Source of the DNA: an uncultured Alphaproteobacteria bacterium
Lineage (GTDB): Bacteria; Pseudomonadota; Alphaproteobacteria; CAAHEQ01; UBA3637
DNA: 64,000 bases
Direction: 5' to 3'
Assembly (NCBI GenBank): GCA_944391565.1
Contig: CALXUB010000025.1
Location: forward strand, 4,113 to 68,112
Below are positions 36,044-45,213 of this stretch, one piece after another. Under the pieces are notes generated by a model that did no database searches, was not told the DNA's origin, and was given only the letters and a program-made list of their open reading frames with translations. Position 1 is the stretch's first letter. Each line of letters opens with the position of its first letter. A program made the translations under genes and the position numbers.

Positions 36044-37006
36044 CTATGGCAGTGGGACTTCTTTTAATAACAGGTCAATAAATGCATCCGGTGTCATTCC
36101 CTTGGCTTCAGCTTCATACGACAGCAAAATTCGATGGCGCAACACATCATGAATCACTGCATGAATATGTTCCGGCATGACATAATCTTTTCCTCGCAAC
36201 CAAGCGCAAGCCTTGGCGCAAATATCTAATGCCAATGTTCCTCGAGGACTTGCACCGTATTCCACATAAGAAGCCAGTTCAGCACTATAAACGGACGGAT
36301 CGCGGGTTGCCATAATAAATTGAATAAGGTACTCCTCTAATTCCGGAGATAAATGAACGCTCAAAACTTCCCGCCGAGCTTCTTTGACCATATTTTGAGA
36401 AATTTTTTCAAACGGTGGTTTAGGTCTTTGAATAGCCTCATCACGAACCAGACGCAGAATTTTACGTTCTGATTCGATATCCGGATGACCGATTTTAACA
36501 AACATTAAAAAACGGTCGAGCTGAGCCTCGGGCAGTGGATAAGTACCTTCATGTTCAATGGGGTTTTGAGTTGCCATTACCAAAAACAGCTCCGGCAAAA
36601 TATATGTTGTCGCTCCGACCGTCACCTGGCGTTCACCCATAGCTTCCAACAAAGCAGATTGAACTTTTGCCGGCGCACGGTTAATTTCATCTGCCAAAAT
36701 TAAATTATGGAAAATGGGACCTTTTTGAAAAACAAAAGTCCCGTTTTCGGGGCGATAAACATCACTGCCTGTTATGTCCGCCGGCAATAAATCAGGCGTA
36801 AATTGAATACGATGCGAGTCGCATTCAATCGCAGAAGCCAATTTTTTAATTGCTTTGGTTTTCGCAAGGCCCGGTGCGCCCTCCACCAATAAATGACCGT
36901 CAGACAAAAGCGAAATCAACATCCGTTCAATTAAAGCTTCCTGCCCGATAATTTCAGCATTCATAAAAGAACTTAATTGCAAAAAACGATTTTGAGCTTC
37001 CGACAT
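36044..37006 (-). CDS. MoxR family AAA+ ATPase
   Basis: IIGQE....L.SLL..GH.LVEGAPGLAKT (Walker A), ILADEINRAPAK (Walker B), ATQNPIE..GTYPLPEAQLDRF. The ATG at 37006 is preceded by AGGAGG. The ORF is open to 37042. Confidence 0.9.
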   Translation of the reverse strand: MSEAQNRFLQLSSFMNAEIIGQEALIERMLISLLSDGHLLVEGAPGLAKTKAIKKLASAIECDSHRIQFTPDLLPADITGSDVYRPENGTFVFQKGPIFHNLILADEINRAPAKVQSALLEAMGERQVTVGATTYILPELFLVMATQNPIEHEGTYPLPEAQLDRFLMFVKIGHPDIESERKILRLVRDEAIQRPKPPFEKISQNMVKEARREVLSVHLSPELEEYLIQFIMATRDPSVYSAELASYVEYGASPRGTLALDICAKACAWLRGKDYVMPEHIHAVIHDVLRHRILLSYEAEAKGMTPDAFIDLLLKEVPLP

Positions 37007-37073
37007 TTTTCCTCCTAAAAAAAGACTATACATTTTTTTCAACTAATATAGAATAAAAGTAAAGGAAAAGCAA

Positions 37074-37838
37074 ATGAGTATCACAATTTTGTCACCATAT
37101 CGTCTTTTTTTTATCGATGAGACTGATTTTTTGTTTGTCTTGATGAAAGATGGTCGGTTATGTAAAATTAAAAAAGTTGATTCTTTTCCTGCTCTTTCTG
37201 CTGATTTTAAACACTTGGGAGGCGTTTCTTTTGATGGAGAAAATACCCATATCACACAAACACCGTTGGAGTTTGATCATTCTGCCCCTCGGGAAATAGC
37301 TTCTGTTTTTGGATATTTCTATTATCCGGCATTCGCATCTAACTCGAAAAAAATGGCGTTAATCGAGGCCGATTTGTTAAGTCCTCTTTCTTCCGGCAGT
37401 CTGTGTCTGTTTCAAAAGAAAATCAAAAATTGGAAAAAAACAACCGAAATACCTGCCCTATTGAAGCCTCCCTTTTGGAGCCGTCTGACCGAATCGCTTT
37501 TCTATTTTAACACGCATCATGAACTGATGTGCTTTTGTCAGGATGAAAAAACGATAATTGCCCAAAATGTTTATCTGGCCGCTTTGTCACCACTTCAATC
37601 TGAAATTTTGTATTTTGACGGAAATTATGTTCGACTTTATTCTTTGATACAAAAATCAGAAGAAATCGTTTTTCCGGCGCCTTATGCTACGGCTGTCAGT
37701 TTTGACCAAAAAGCTCAGAATATCTTTTATGCAACTTCTTTTGAGGGAAAACATGCTATTTACGGTTTTCATCGTGCCTCACAAAAAACCTACCTACTTT
37801 GCGAAACCACAACGCCCATTCATTTCTTGTGTCCTTAA
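37074..37838 (+). CDS. hypothetical protein
   Basis: 254-aa ORF divergent from the MoxR operon, with AAAGGAAAAG upstream. No motif recognised. Confidence 0.5.
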   Translation: MSITILSPYRLFFIDETDFLFVLMKDGRLCKIKKVDSFPALSADFKHLGGVSFDGENTHITQTPLEFDHSAPREIASVFGYFYYPAFASNSKKMALIEADLLSPLSSGSLCLFQKKIKNWKKTTEIPALLKPPFWSRLTESLFYFNTHHELMCFCQDEKTIIAQNVYLAALSPLQSEILYFDGNYVRLYSLIQKSEEIVFPAPYATAVSFDQKAQNIFYATSFEGKHAIYGFHRASQKTYLLCETTTPIHFLCP

Positions 37839-37860
37839 AAAGCCCGTTAAAGAGTCTCTT

Positions 37861-38730
37861 TTAATAACGAATATTGTTAATTTCACGTAATCTGACTAAC
37901 GATTGTAAAACAAATGGCGTTCCGACTTTCCGCTTCAATACCCGCATAAAATCTGCCATTCTGTATCCTTCAATATAAGAAAGAGCCGAGTCTCCATCCC
38001 TGTCCGTTTGACTGTAATCTACACCGGCTTCCGTTAAAGCTTTAAAGAGAGAAAGATAAGCCTGATAACAGGGCGACTGATCGGTTTTATCTTTCGGACG
38101 AAACTCTAAGGCTTTTGAAACACAAAACAAACTGGCGTTTGCTAATTCGGAAGAAACGCCTTTGACATCTAAACCGTTTCTTTCTCGGTTTTCCAACAAA
38201 TAAGATATAACCGCAAAATCTCCTTTGCGTATAGCCATCAACAAAGGCGGAAGACCAAAAAAGTTAGCCCCGTTATTCAAATCTTTTTGAACACCGGCTT
38301 TTAGAATCTCCAATGCAATCTGAGAATGCTCGGAAAATAACATGATATCCCGTTCATCATGCAAAGCAATCTCAAGCGGCGTCAAATGTAATGGGTAATC
38401 TGTTTTCAGGTTAAAATCAGCGCCTGCTTTTAACAAGGTTCGAATGATACCGACGTGTCCGTGAAATGCAGCTAAATGCGCAGCAGACTTGCCATTTGTC
38501 AGTTCGTTAACGCGGATACCTCTTTCAATCAGATAAGCTGCAATTTTGGCACGTTTTTCACTTAACTCATGTTGAGCATCTTTATTTAACACATCTATCT
38601 TTTCAGCCGCACGCATTAACAGATTTTGTTTTTTTTCATCAACAACGTCATTGACGTTTTGTATACTACGACACAAATCCTTCAGTTGTTCTACTTCTCC
38701 TAAGTCAACGGCTTTGATCAATTCTTTCAT
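37861..38730 (-). CDS. ankyrin repeat protein (eukaryote-like)
   Basis: ANK consensus stretches such as GKSAAHLAAFHGHVGIIRTLLKAGADFNLK and LPPLLMAIRKGDFAVISYLLE. Confidence 0.8.
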   Translation of the reverse strand: MKELIKAVDLGEVEQLKDLCRSIQNVNDVVDEKKQNLLMRAAEKIDVLNKDAQHELSEKRAKIAAYLIERGIRVNELTNGKSAAHLAAFHGHVGIIRTLLKAGADFNLKTDYPLHLTPLEIALHDERDIMLFSEHSQIALEILKAGVQKDLNNGANFFGLPPLLMAIRKGDFAVISYLLENRERNGLDVKGVSSELANASLFCVSKALEFRPKDKTDQSPCYQAYLSLFKALTEAGVDYSQTDRDGDSALSYIEGYRMADFMRVLKRKVGTPFVLQSLVRLREINNIRY

Positions 38731-38856
38731 TTTTTCCTCGTTTTAACAAAATAACATGCTGAACATGATGTGTTCAGTTCTTTTTTTTATCCTCATTCTG
38801 GAATAAAAAGCAGTTTAACTGATTTTCTTTATTTTGTCAACATTTTTTGATGCGTT

Positions 38857-38885
38857 AAAAAAAGAGGCTTTCTAATGAAAGCCTC
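38857..38885 (-). terminator. Rho-independent terminator of the autotransporter gene
   Basis: On the - strand: GAGGCTTTC-ATTA-GAAAGCCTC followed by T7, about 23 nt after the stop at 38909. Confidence 0.65.
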
Positions 38886-38908
38886 CTTTCTTTATATCCT
38901 GATAGAAC

Positions 38909-41428
38909 TTAGAAATTGTACTTCAATTTCAAGGTACCGGTATGGCTTGTATAATCACGACGAATACCTGCATCGTAATTCAAAGTGATATCCATTGCAT
39001 CAGCAATGTTCATCGTCACACCGACACCGGCTTCAACACCGAAACGCGGCAGACGTTTCCCGCTTGCCGTGTAAGAGGAAGTTCCCATAGACACGACAGC
39101 ATCGGCATTGTCAGAAACAACATCATATGTTGCTGCCAACCGCACTTCAGGTGTTAAGGAGTAGCCGTTTTCGACAAAGGCATGCGCATAATCAGCACCA
39201 ATAACAGCCGTCAACAGATCAGAATCATCAGCTTCAATCCGCTGTCCTGACGTATCCGTATAACTGTCTTGTTTAATATGCAAATAGCGCAGTCCGGCTT
39301 TTGGCGTCAAACCGATTTCGGTATCATAACCGGTCATAAATTGACCGCCCCATGTATCGACATCGTATTTGCCGTCAACATTGACACCAGTCACAAGTTT
39401 GTGTTCCTTGTAATCTGATGTGCTATAATTTAAAGTAGCATTTACAAACCAGGCATTCGGTTGATATTCACCATAGATGAAGAAGTTGTGCCCGTAAATG
39501 TCAGTTTTTCGGCCGGCACTTTTAACATCAGTGGCATTATAAGCATAACCGATACCCAATGTATAAGCATCGTTCAGCTCAGCATCTACACCCAAAGCAA
39601 CCCCTTGTGTATAACCGCGGAAACCGGGTGTCGAAGAAGAAGAATCCTGTTTAGACCGATTATATAACCCTTGAGCCCACGGACCAAACTTCGCTCTTAT
39701 ATCACCACCAGAGCGCCCTACTACCGGAGCTGCCAAACGATTGTTGACTGCACCCAAAATTTGAGAATGAACGGTGGTTGCAACCGAATGAACCGTCGAA
39801 GATGTTGTCGGTGCTAAGTCAGAAGCTGCTTGTTCAACAGCTGCAGTATTTCCTTCAGCCAAATGATTTTGCATATTCAGTGCAATTTGGTTCGCCGTAT
39901 CGTTTGACCCGTTGGCAACAGTCGCTAAAACACCGGCTGCATCCGAGGAAATACCCGTATCAGCAGCAATCTGATCTGCTGTTTTTTGAGTGGCGATATA
40001 AGTGAGCGTATTTGTTTGCTCATTAAATGTTTTCTCTAAAGCAAACAAGCTGGCAACATCTTGTGTAGCAACGTTAAAGCTGTCAGCTCCCGCACCAGTC
40101 AAAATTGTATATTCCCCGGCAGCGCCAACCGTCAAGAATAAATTTGCTCCATCTGCCGAAATAGTATCTGCCGTTAAAGAACCGTAAGAAGAAGAATTCA
40201 GCAAACTTGCTTTCAATGTTGAACCGGAAGCAAAAGTTGCTGTCCCTTGAGAAACAGAGGCCGTTCCGATATCCAGAGTCGCGCCTTCGGCAACCATTAA
40301 AGAACCAGTATCTCCCGTAATTCCACCGCTGATTTTTGTCGTTCCGCCGGTAATATTTAATTTACCCAGGTTATGAATATCATTTCCGACACCAGCGGCC
40401 GTGTTGCCGGTAAACAAATTTGTTCCTGATAAATTAACAATGCCGCGAACATCGTTATAAATAGCACCACCATTCTCTCCAGCCGAGTTTCCGGTAAAAA
40501 TCACGTCTTCGAAAGCAACAGAGGATTCAATTGTTTTATCGCTTGTTTGTGGTGCAACGTTTGCAAAAGCTCCGCCAATAGTATCAGCGGTATTTGTTTC
40601 AAAGATCACGCTTTTTATGGAACCAATCTTACCTGCGTTTGTAATTGCCCCTCCTTGTCCGTTTCCTCCCGACGCTTTGTTATTAGTGAAGCGAGCACTT
40701 TCAATGCTGGAGATAGTGTCAATATCGCCCCATGTTCCATTGTTGATAGCACCGCCATTGCCTGCTGTGTTGCTATCAAATGTCGTATTAACAATAGAAC
40801 CGATAACACCCTGATTTCGAATGGCTCCACCTTGAGAGGTTCCCGCGGAATTATTAGAGAAAACAGAATTAGAGATAGAATTAATTGTTCCTACAGCGCC
40901 ATTCAAAGTTAACTTAGCATTATTGATGGCCCCACCTTGAACAGCGGAGTTTACACTGAAAGTCATATTATCTAAAGCGTTAATGGTTCCTTGGTTGTAG
41001 ATAGCTCCTCCGGCACCACCATTTGCTTTATTTTCGTTAAAAGTTGCTCCATTTTCAAATGTAAGGGTTCCTTGGTTAAAAATAGCGCCACCAAATTTTA
41101 TAGATTCATTGTTATTAAATACAACATTTTCCTCAACAACTAAACTGCCGCCGGCCTTTTCAATGTAAATAGCACCTCCGATTCCATCTGTTAAATTTGT
41201 ATTGTTTGAAACGGAAGAACCAGCCTGTAAAACAGCTTCTGTGTCATTAGCAATAAAAAGTTTACTTGTCTGAGAATATCGATCTCCAAGTTGTATTGTA
41301 TCCGCTGCAGAAGAAGCAACTATCATAACAGTTCCCACAAAAACAGCCGCATTAAACAAAAAACATTTTTTTAAAACACTACGATACTGTGCATTCAGTT
41401 CACGAAGTGTTGTATTTGAATATTTCAT
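38909..41428 (-). CDS. autotransporter outer membrane protein with Pmp-type (GGAI / FxxN) passenger repeats
   Basis: 839 aa. N-terminal signal/TM. At least 9 GGA[IF] and many FxxN motifs (FNNN, FSNN, FDSN, FTNN, FTGN). C-terminal beta-barrel ends in ...GTLKLKYNF. Confidence 0.9.
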   Translation of the reverse strand: MKYSNTTLRELNAQYRSVLKKCFLFNAAVFVGTVMIVASSAADTIQLGDRYSQTSKLFIANDTEAVLQAGSSVSNNTNLTDGIGGAIYIEKAGGSLVVEENVVFNNNESIKFGGAIFNQGTLTFENGATFNENKANGGAGGAIYNQGTINALDNMTFSVNSAVQGGAINNAKLTLNGAVGTINSISNSVFSNNSAGTSQGGAIRNQGVIGSIVNTTFDSNTAGNGGAINNGTWGDIDTISSIESARFTNNKASGGNGQGGAITNAGKIGSIKSVIFETNTADTIGGAFANVAPQTSDKTIESSVAFEDVIFTGNSAGENGGAIYNDVRGIVNLSGTNLFTGNTAAGVGNDIHNLGKLNITGGTTKISGGITGDTGSLMVAEGATLDIGTASVSQGTATFASGSTLKASLLNSSSYGSLTADTISADGANLFLTVGAAGEYTILTGAGADSFNVATQDVASLFALEKTFNEQTNTLTYIATQKTADQIAADTGISSDAAGVLATVANGSNDTANQIALNMQNHLAEGNTAAVEQAASDLAPTTSSTVHSVATTVHSQILGAVNNRLAAPVVGRSGGDIRAKFGPWAQGLYNRSKQDSSSSTPGFRGYTQGVALGVDAELNDAYTLGIGYAYNATDVKSAGRKTDIYGHNFFIYGEYQPNAWFVNATLNYSTSDYKEHKLVTGVNVDGKYDVDTWGGQFMTGYDTEIGLTPKAGLRYLHIKQDSYTDTSGQRIEADDSDLLTAVIGADYAHAFVENGYSLTPEVRLAATYDVVSDNADAVVSMGTSSYTASGKRLPRFGVEAGVGVTMNIADAMDITLNYDAGIRRDYTSHTGTLKLKYNF

Positions 41429-41513
41429 ATTTTTCTCCTCATAAAAAAAACACCCTTACCTATACGACAAGAGCTGTCGTATCATGAAAGTAGCCGAGCA
41501 AAGAAGAGGTTAT

Positions 41514-41526
41514 CCCCCCTCCCCCC
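41514..41526 (-). repeat. C6-T-C6 (G6-A-G6 on the autotransporter coding strand) homopolymeric tract
   Basis: cccccctcccccc lies 86-98 nt upstream of the autotransporter ATG. It sits inside a 7-bp inverted repeat, TTATCCC (41510-16) / GGGATAA (41531-37). Confidence 0.6.
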
Positions 41527-41838
41527 AGTTGGGATAAGTTCTTATTTTGTTTAGATTTTAATAACATTATAAGCTCCTTATTTGTTCGGCAACGTCTTAT
41601 TTTATTCACATAATTTTACGAATGTCAACTAATCTTTCAGAAAAGAAGTGAGATTAAAAATTATTTTATTTTTTAATATCTTAAAATTAAACTTAAAAAA
41701 AAGATATTTTAAAAATTTTTATAAAAAAATGTAATTTTATAAGAACAAAACACGAATCGGATTGAAGCCAAAAATCAAACAAGTAAGACTTTATTTTTTA
41801 TCGATATGAGGTTATATATATGAAACAGGAGGCGAAAC

Positions 41839-44800
41839 ATGTCAATACCGACTTTATTTCGTACACGTCGATTTTTACCGTTATTCATTACTCAGTTCTT
41901 AGGTGCATTTAATGACAATTTATTTAAAAATGCATTGATGACGTTGATTACCTTTAAACTCGCCCTATCTGCCGAACAAGGAACAATGATGGTGAATGTC
42001 ATTGCCGGTTTGTTTATTTTGCCATTCTTTTTATTTTCTGCAACGGCCGGTCAAATTGCGGACAAATACAATCGCGCCCAAGTTGCCCGCTTGACCAAAG
42101 CGGCCGAGCTAATAATGATGGCATGCGTTGCTTTTGTCTTTGTAATGAAAAGTCAGTTTTTATTAGTTCTTCTTTTATTTCTAATGGGTGTTCAATCTGC
42201 TTTTTTCGGCCCCGTCAAGTATGCTTTGCTTCCACAACAGCTGAAAGAAAACGAACTAATTGCCGGAAATGCTTATATTGAAGCGGCAACTTATTTAGCT
42301 ATTATTTTAGGAACGATTTTCGGAATAGGCCTGGCTGAATCAACTGTTTTAGGTTTATTATTGACTTGTGCCATTGTGGGATTTATCTCGAGTTTTTATA
42401 TTCCTTCGGCACCAGCTCCAAGGCCGACTGTTATTATTGATATCAATATTTTTAAATCAACCTTCTCAACTATTCAAAAGATTCGTGAAAATCAAATTGT
42501 TTTTCGTGCCATCTTAGGATCAACTTGGTTTTGGATGATCGGTGTTGCGTTATTATCTCAGTTATTTCCTATGGTCAAAAACGTATTAAACGGGGAACCG
42601 AGCGTCGTCACCTTTTTCTTAATTTTATTTTCAATCGGTGTCGGTATAGGATCTTTGGCCTGTAATAAGCTTTTAAAAGGAACAATCGCAGCAACGTACA
42701 CCCCTGTCAGCGCCATCGGCATGGGGATCAGTTGTATTTTACTATATCGCATTCTTCAAGCTTGGGAAAAATCAAACGATCCCGTAGGAATCTGGCATAT
42801 TTTAAGCGCTCAAAACGGATGGATTTTGGCTCTTTCCTTATTCATGGTCGCGTTCTTCGGAGGACTTTACGTTGTTCCCTTGAATGCCTTGATGCAAAAC
42901 AAAGCTCCCAAGGCCTATCTGGCAACAATTATTGCCGGAAATAATATCATCAACGCCTTTGGAATGGCTATGATTTCTTTATTCGCAGCACTTCTGATGA
43001 CGATGGGCTTGAATGTAGCACAATTGTTTTTATGCCTTGGTCTAATCTCACTGGGCATTGCCTGCTATATTTGTAAACTACTGCCGGAAGCTTTGCCTAA
43101 ATCTATTCTTCAAACATTCTTAGGTTTGCTGTTTCGCGTAAAACTGACTGGTCTGCAAAACTATAAAAAAGCAGGAGCAAGAGCCATCATTATCGCAAAT
43201 CACACCTCTCTTTTAGATGCTTTGTTAATCGGCGCTTTCATGCCGGAAAGAATTACTTTTGCCATTCATGAAACTTGGGCACGCAAGTGGTTTATCCGAC
43301 CTTTTGGAATATTCGTCGATCTGTTTCCGCTGAGTCCGACTAATCCTATGGCTCTTCGTTCTTTAATTGAGGAAGTCAAAAAAGATAAAAAAATTATGAT
43401 TTTTCCCGAAGGCCGAATTACGATTACAGGAGCATTGATGAAAATTTATGAAGGTGCCGGTGTGATTGCTCAACGCGCAAATGCCAAAGTCTTGCCGTTA
43501 AGAATCAAAGGAGCACAGTATTCAAAGTTCTCGTATTTAAAAGATAAAGTTAAAACACGTTTTTTCCCTAAAATAACACTCACATTGCTTGAACCGCAAA
43601 GTTTTTCTATCCCTGATGAAATCAAAGGCCGAGAGCGTCGACAAATGATTTCCCGTCAGCTTTATGACATGATGACCCGCATGATGTTCGAAACGGCAGA
43701 TACTCGACAAAATATCTTCACTTCTCTTTTAACAGCCATGCACTTAACTGGAAAAAATCATTTAATAGCAGAGGATATTTCAAGAAAACCTTTAAAATTC
43801 AAATCATTTATTTTAAAAGCTTATGTATTAGGTGAGCATTTTAAATCTCTCTTCCAGCATGAACAACGAGTTGGCATAATGCTGCCAAATGCTTTGCCGA
43901 CAGTAATTTCCTTTTTTGCTCTGATCGGGATTGACAAAGTTCCTGCCATGATGAACTTTACAAACGGTTCTCAACAACTGATCAATGCGATAAAAGCTGC
44001 TGAGCTTCGAACAATCATAACCTCCCATCGTTTTATTGAGCAAGCTCATTTAGAAAGTCTTGAACAAATTCTGAAAGAATACAAAATCAGTTTGATTTAT
44101 CTGGAAGAAGTTGCACAAAATATGACTTTAAATCAAAAGTTAAAAGGATTTTGGCATTATTTAAAACAAACAAAGCCGCAAAATTCGGCGCAAAAAACGG
44201 CCGTTATTTTATTTACATCCGGTTCGGAAGGAACACCCAAAGCCGTTTTGTTGTCCCATAAAAACCTGCAGGCCAATCGTTATCAGCTTTCCAGCATACT
44301 GGCATTTAATGCATCAGATCGGTTCATGAATGCTTTACCGATGTTTCATTCATTTGGTTTGGGGGTAGGAACGGTTGTCACTTTGCTGTCAGGGATTCGA
44401 ACTTTTTTCTATCCGACACCACTCCACTATCGTATTGTGCCCGAACTGAGTTATGATACAAACGCAACAATCATCTGCGGGACCGATACTTTTTTCGCCG
44501 GTTATGCACGCATGGGCAATCCTTATGACTTTTTTCAGTTAAAATATGCCATTGTGGGTGGTGAAAAATTAAAAGACACAACAGCCGCTCTTTGGATGAC
44601 TAAGTTTGGCATAAGAATTTTAGAAGGATACGGTGCAACAGAAACCAGTCCTGTTATTGCCCTTAATACACCCATGTATTTAAAACCCGGAACTGTCGGA
44701 CGACTTTTACCTGGGATGACATACAAGCTCAAACCTGTTTCGGGCATCCTAGAAGGAGGAGAATTATGGGTTCATGGCGATAATGTCATGCAGGGATATT

Positions 44801-45213
44801 TAAAAAACAATCGCCCCGGTGTTTTGATTTCTCCTAAAGATGGATGGTATAACACGGGAGATATTGTCAATATAGACACAGAAGGTTATATTAAAATCTT
44901 GGGACGCATGAAACGTTTTGCAAAGATTGGCGGAGAAATGGTGTCTCTTTCGGCTGTTGAACAGGCGGTTGATAAAATATGGGCCGGGGTTATTCAAGGT
45001 GTTTTAGCTTTACCAGATGAGAAAAAAGGCGAAAAATTGGTTTTAGTGACTCAAAAAGAAAAGGCAAACCGTAAAGAGCTTTTGTTTGCTTTTCGACAAC
45101 AAGGCTTATCTGAATTATGGGTTCCAAAGGAAATTATTTTTATAAAAAAGATTCCATTACTCAGCACCGGAAAAATAAACTATGTCGAAGTTCAAAAACT
45201 ACTCAGAACGTGA
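41839..45213 (+). CDS. triple-fusion MFS lysophospholipid transporter (LplT-like) / acyltransferase / acyl-ACP synthetase (Aas-like)
   Basis: 1124 aa. About 12 TM spans of MFS type in aa 1-~420, then HX4D (ANHTSLLD), FPEGRIT, and AMP-binding motifs TSGSEGTPK, EGYGATE, YNTGD. AGGAGG RBS. Confidence 0.88.
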   Translation: MSIPTLFRTRRFLPLFITQFLGAFNDNLFKNALMTLITFKLALSAEQGTMMVNVIAGLFILPFFLFSATAGQIADKYNRAQVARLTKAAELIMMACVAFVFVMKSQFLLVLLLFLMGVQSAFFGPVKYALLPQQLKENELIAGNAYIEAATYLAIILGTIFGIGLAESTVLGLLLTCAIVGFISSFYIPSAPAPRPTVIIDINIFKSTFSTIQKIRENQIVFRAILGSTWFWMIGVALLSQLFPMVKNVLNGEPSVVTFFLILFSIGVGIGSLACNKLLKGTIAATYTPVSAIGMGISCILLYRILQAWEKSNDPVGIWHILSAQNGWILALSLFMVAFFGGLYVVPLNALMQNKAPKAYLATIIAGNNIINAFGMAMISLFAALLMTMGLNVAQLFLCLGLISLGIACYICKLLPEALPKSILQTFLGLLFRVKLTGLQNYKKAGARAIIIANHTSLLDALLIGAFMPERITFAIHETWARKWFIRPFGIFVDLFPLSPTNPMALRSLIEEVKKDKKIMIFPEGRITITGALMKIYEGAGVIAQRANAKVLPLRIKGAQYSKFSYLKDKVKTRFFPKITLTLLEPQSFSIPDEIKGRERRQMISRQLYDMMTRMMFETADTRQNIFTSLLTAMHLTGKNHLIAEDISRKPLKFKSFILKAYVLGEHFKSLFQHEQRVGIMLPNALPTVISFFALIGIDKVPAMMNFTNGSQQLINAIKAAELRTIITSHRFIEQAHLESLEQILKEYKISLIYLEEVAQNMTLNQKLKGFWHYLKQTKPQNSAQKTAVILFTSGSEGTPKAVLLSHKNLQANRYQLSSILAFNASDRFMNALPMFHSFGLGVGTVVTLLSGIRTFFYPTPLHYRIVPELSYDTNATIICGTDTFFAGYARMGNPYDFFQLKYAIVGGEKLKDTTAALWMTKFGIRILEGYGATETSPVIALNTPMYLKPGTVGRLLPGMTYKLKPVSGILEGGELWVHGDNVMQGYLKNNRPGVLISPKDGWYNTGDIVNIDTEGYIKILGRMKRFAKIGGEMVSLSAVEQAVDKIWAGVIQGVLALPDEKKGEKLVLVTQKEKANRKELLFAFRQQGLSELWVPKEIIFIKKIPLLSTGKINYVEVQKLLRT

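Noticed and set aside
37043-37255. 70-aa - strand ORF directly upstream of the MoxR gene
   Set aside because: It overlaps the start of the better-supported + strand ORF 37074-37838 and lies in the divergent promoter region. No RBS or motif.
38758-38788. Plus-strand hairpin CTGAACA-TGATG-TGTTCAG followed by a T-run (terminator-like)
   Set aside because: There is no + strand gene ending nearby; the closest ends at 37838. It lies in the upstream region of the - strand ankyrin gene, so its function is unclear. Noted under the ankyrin finding only.
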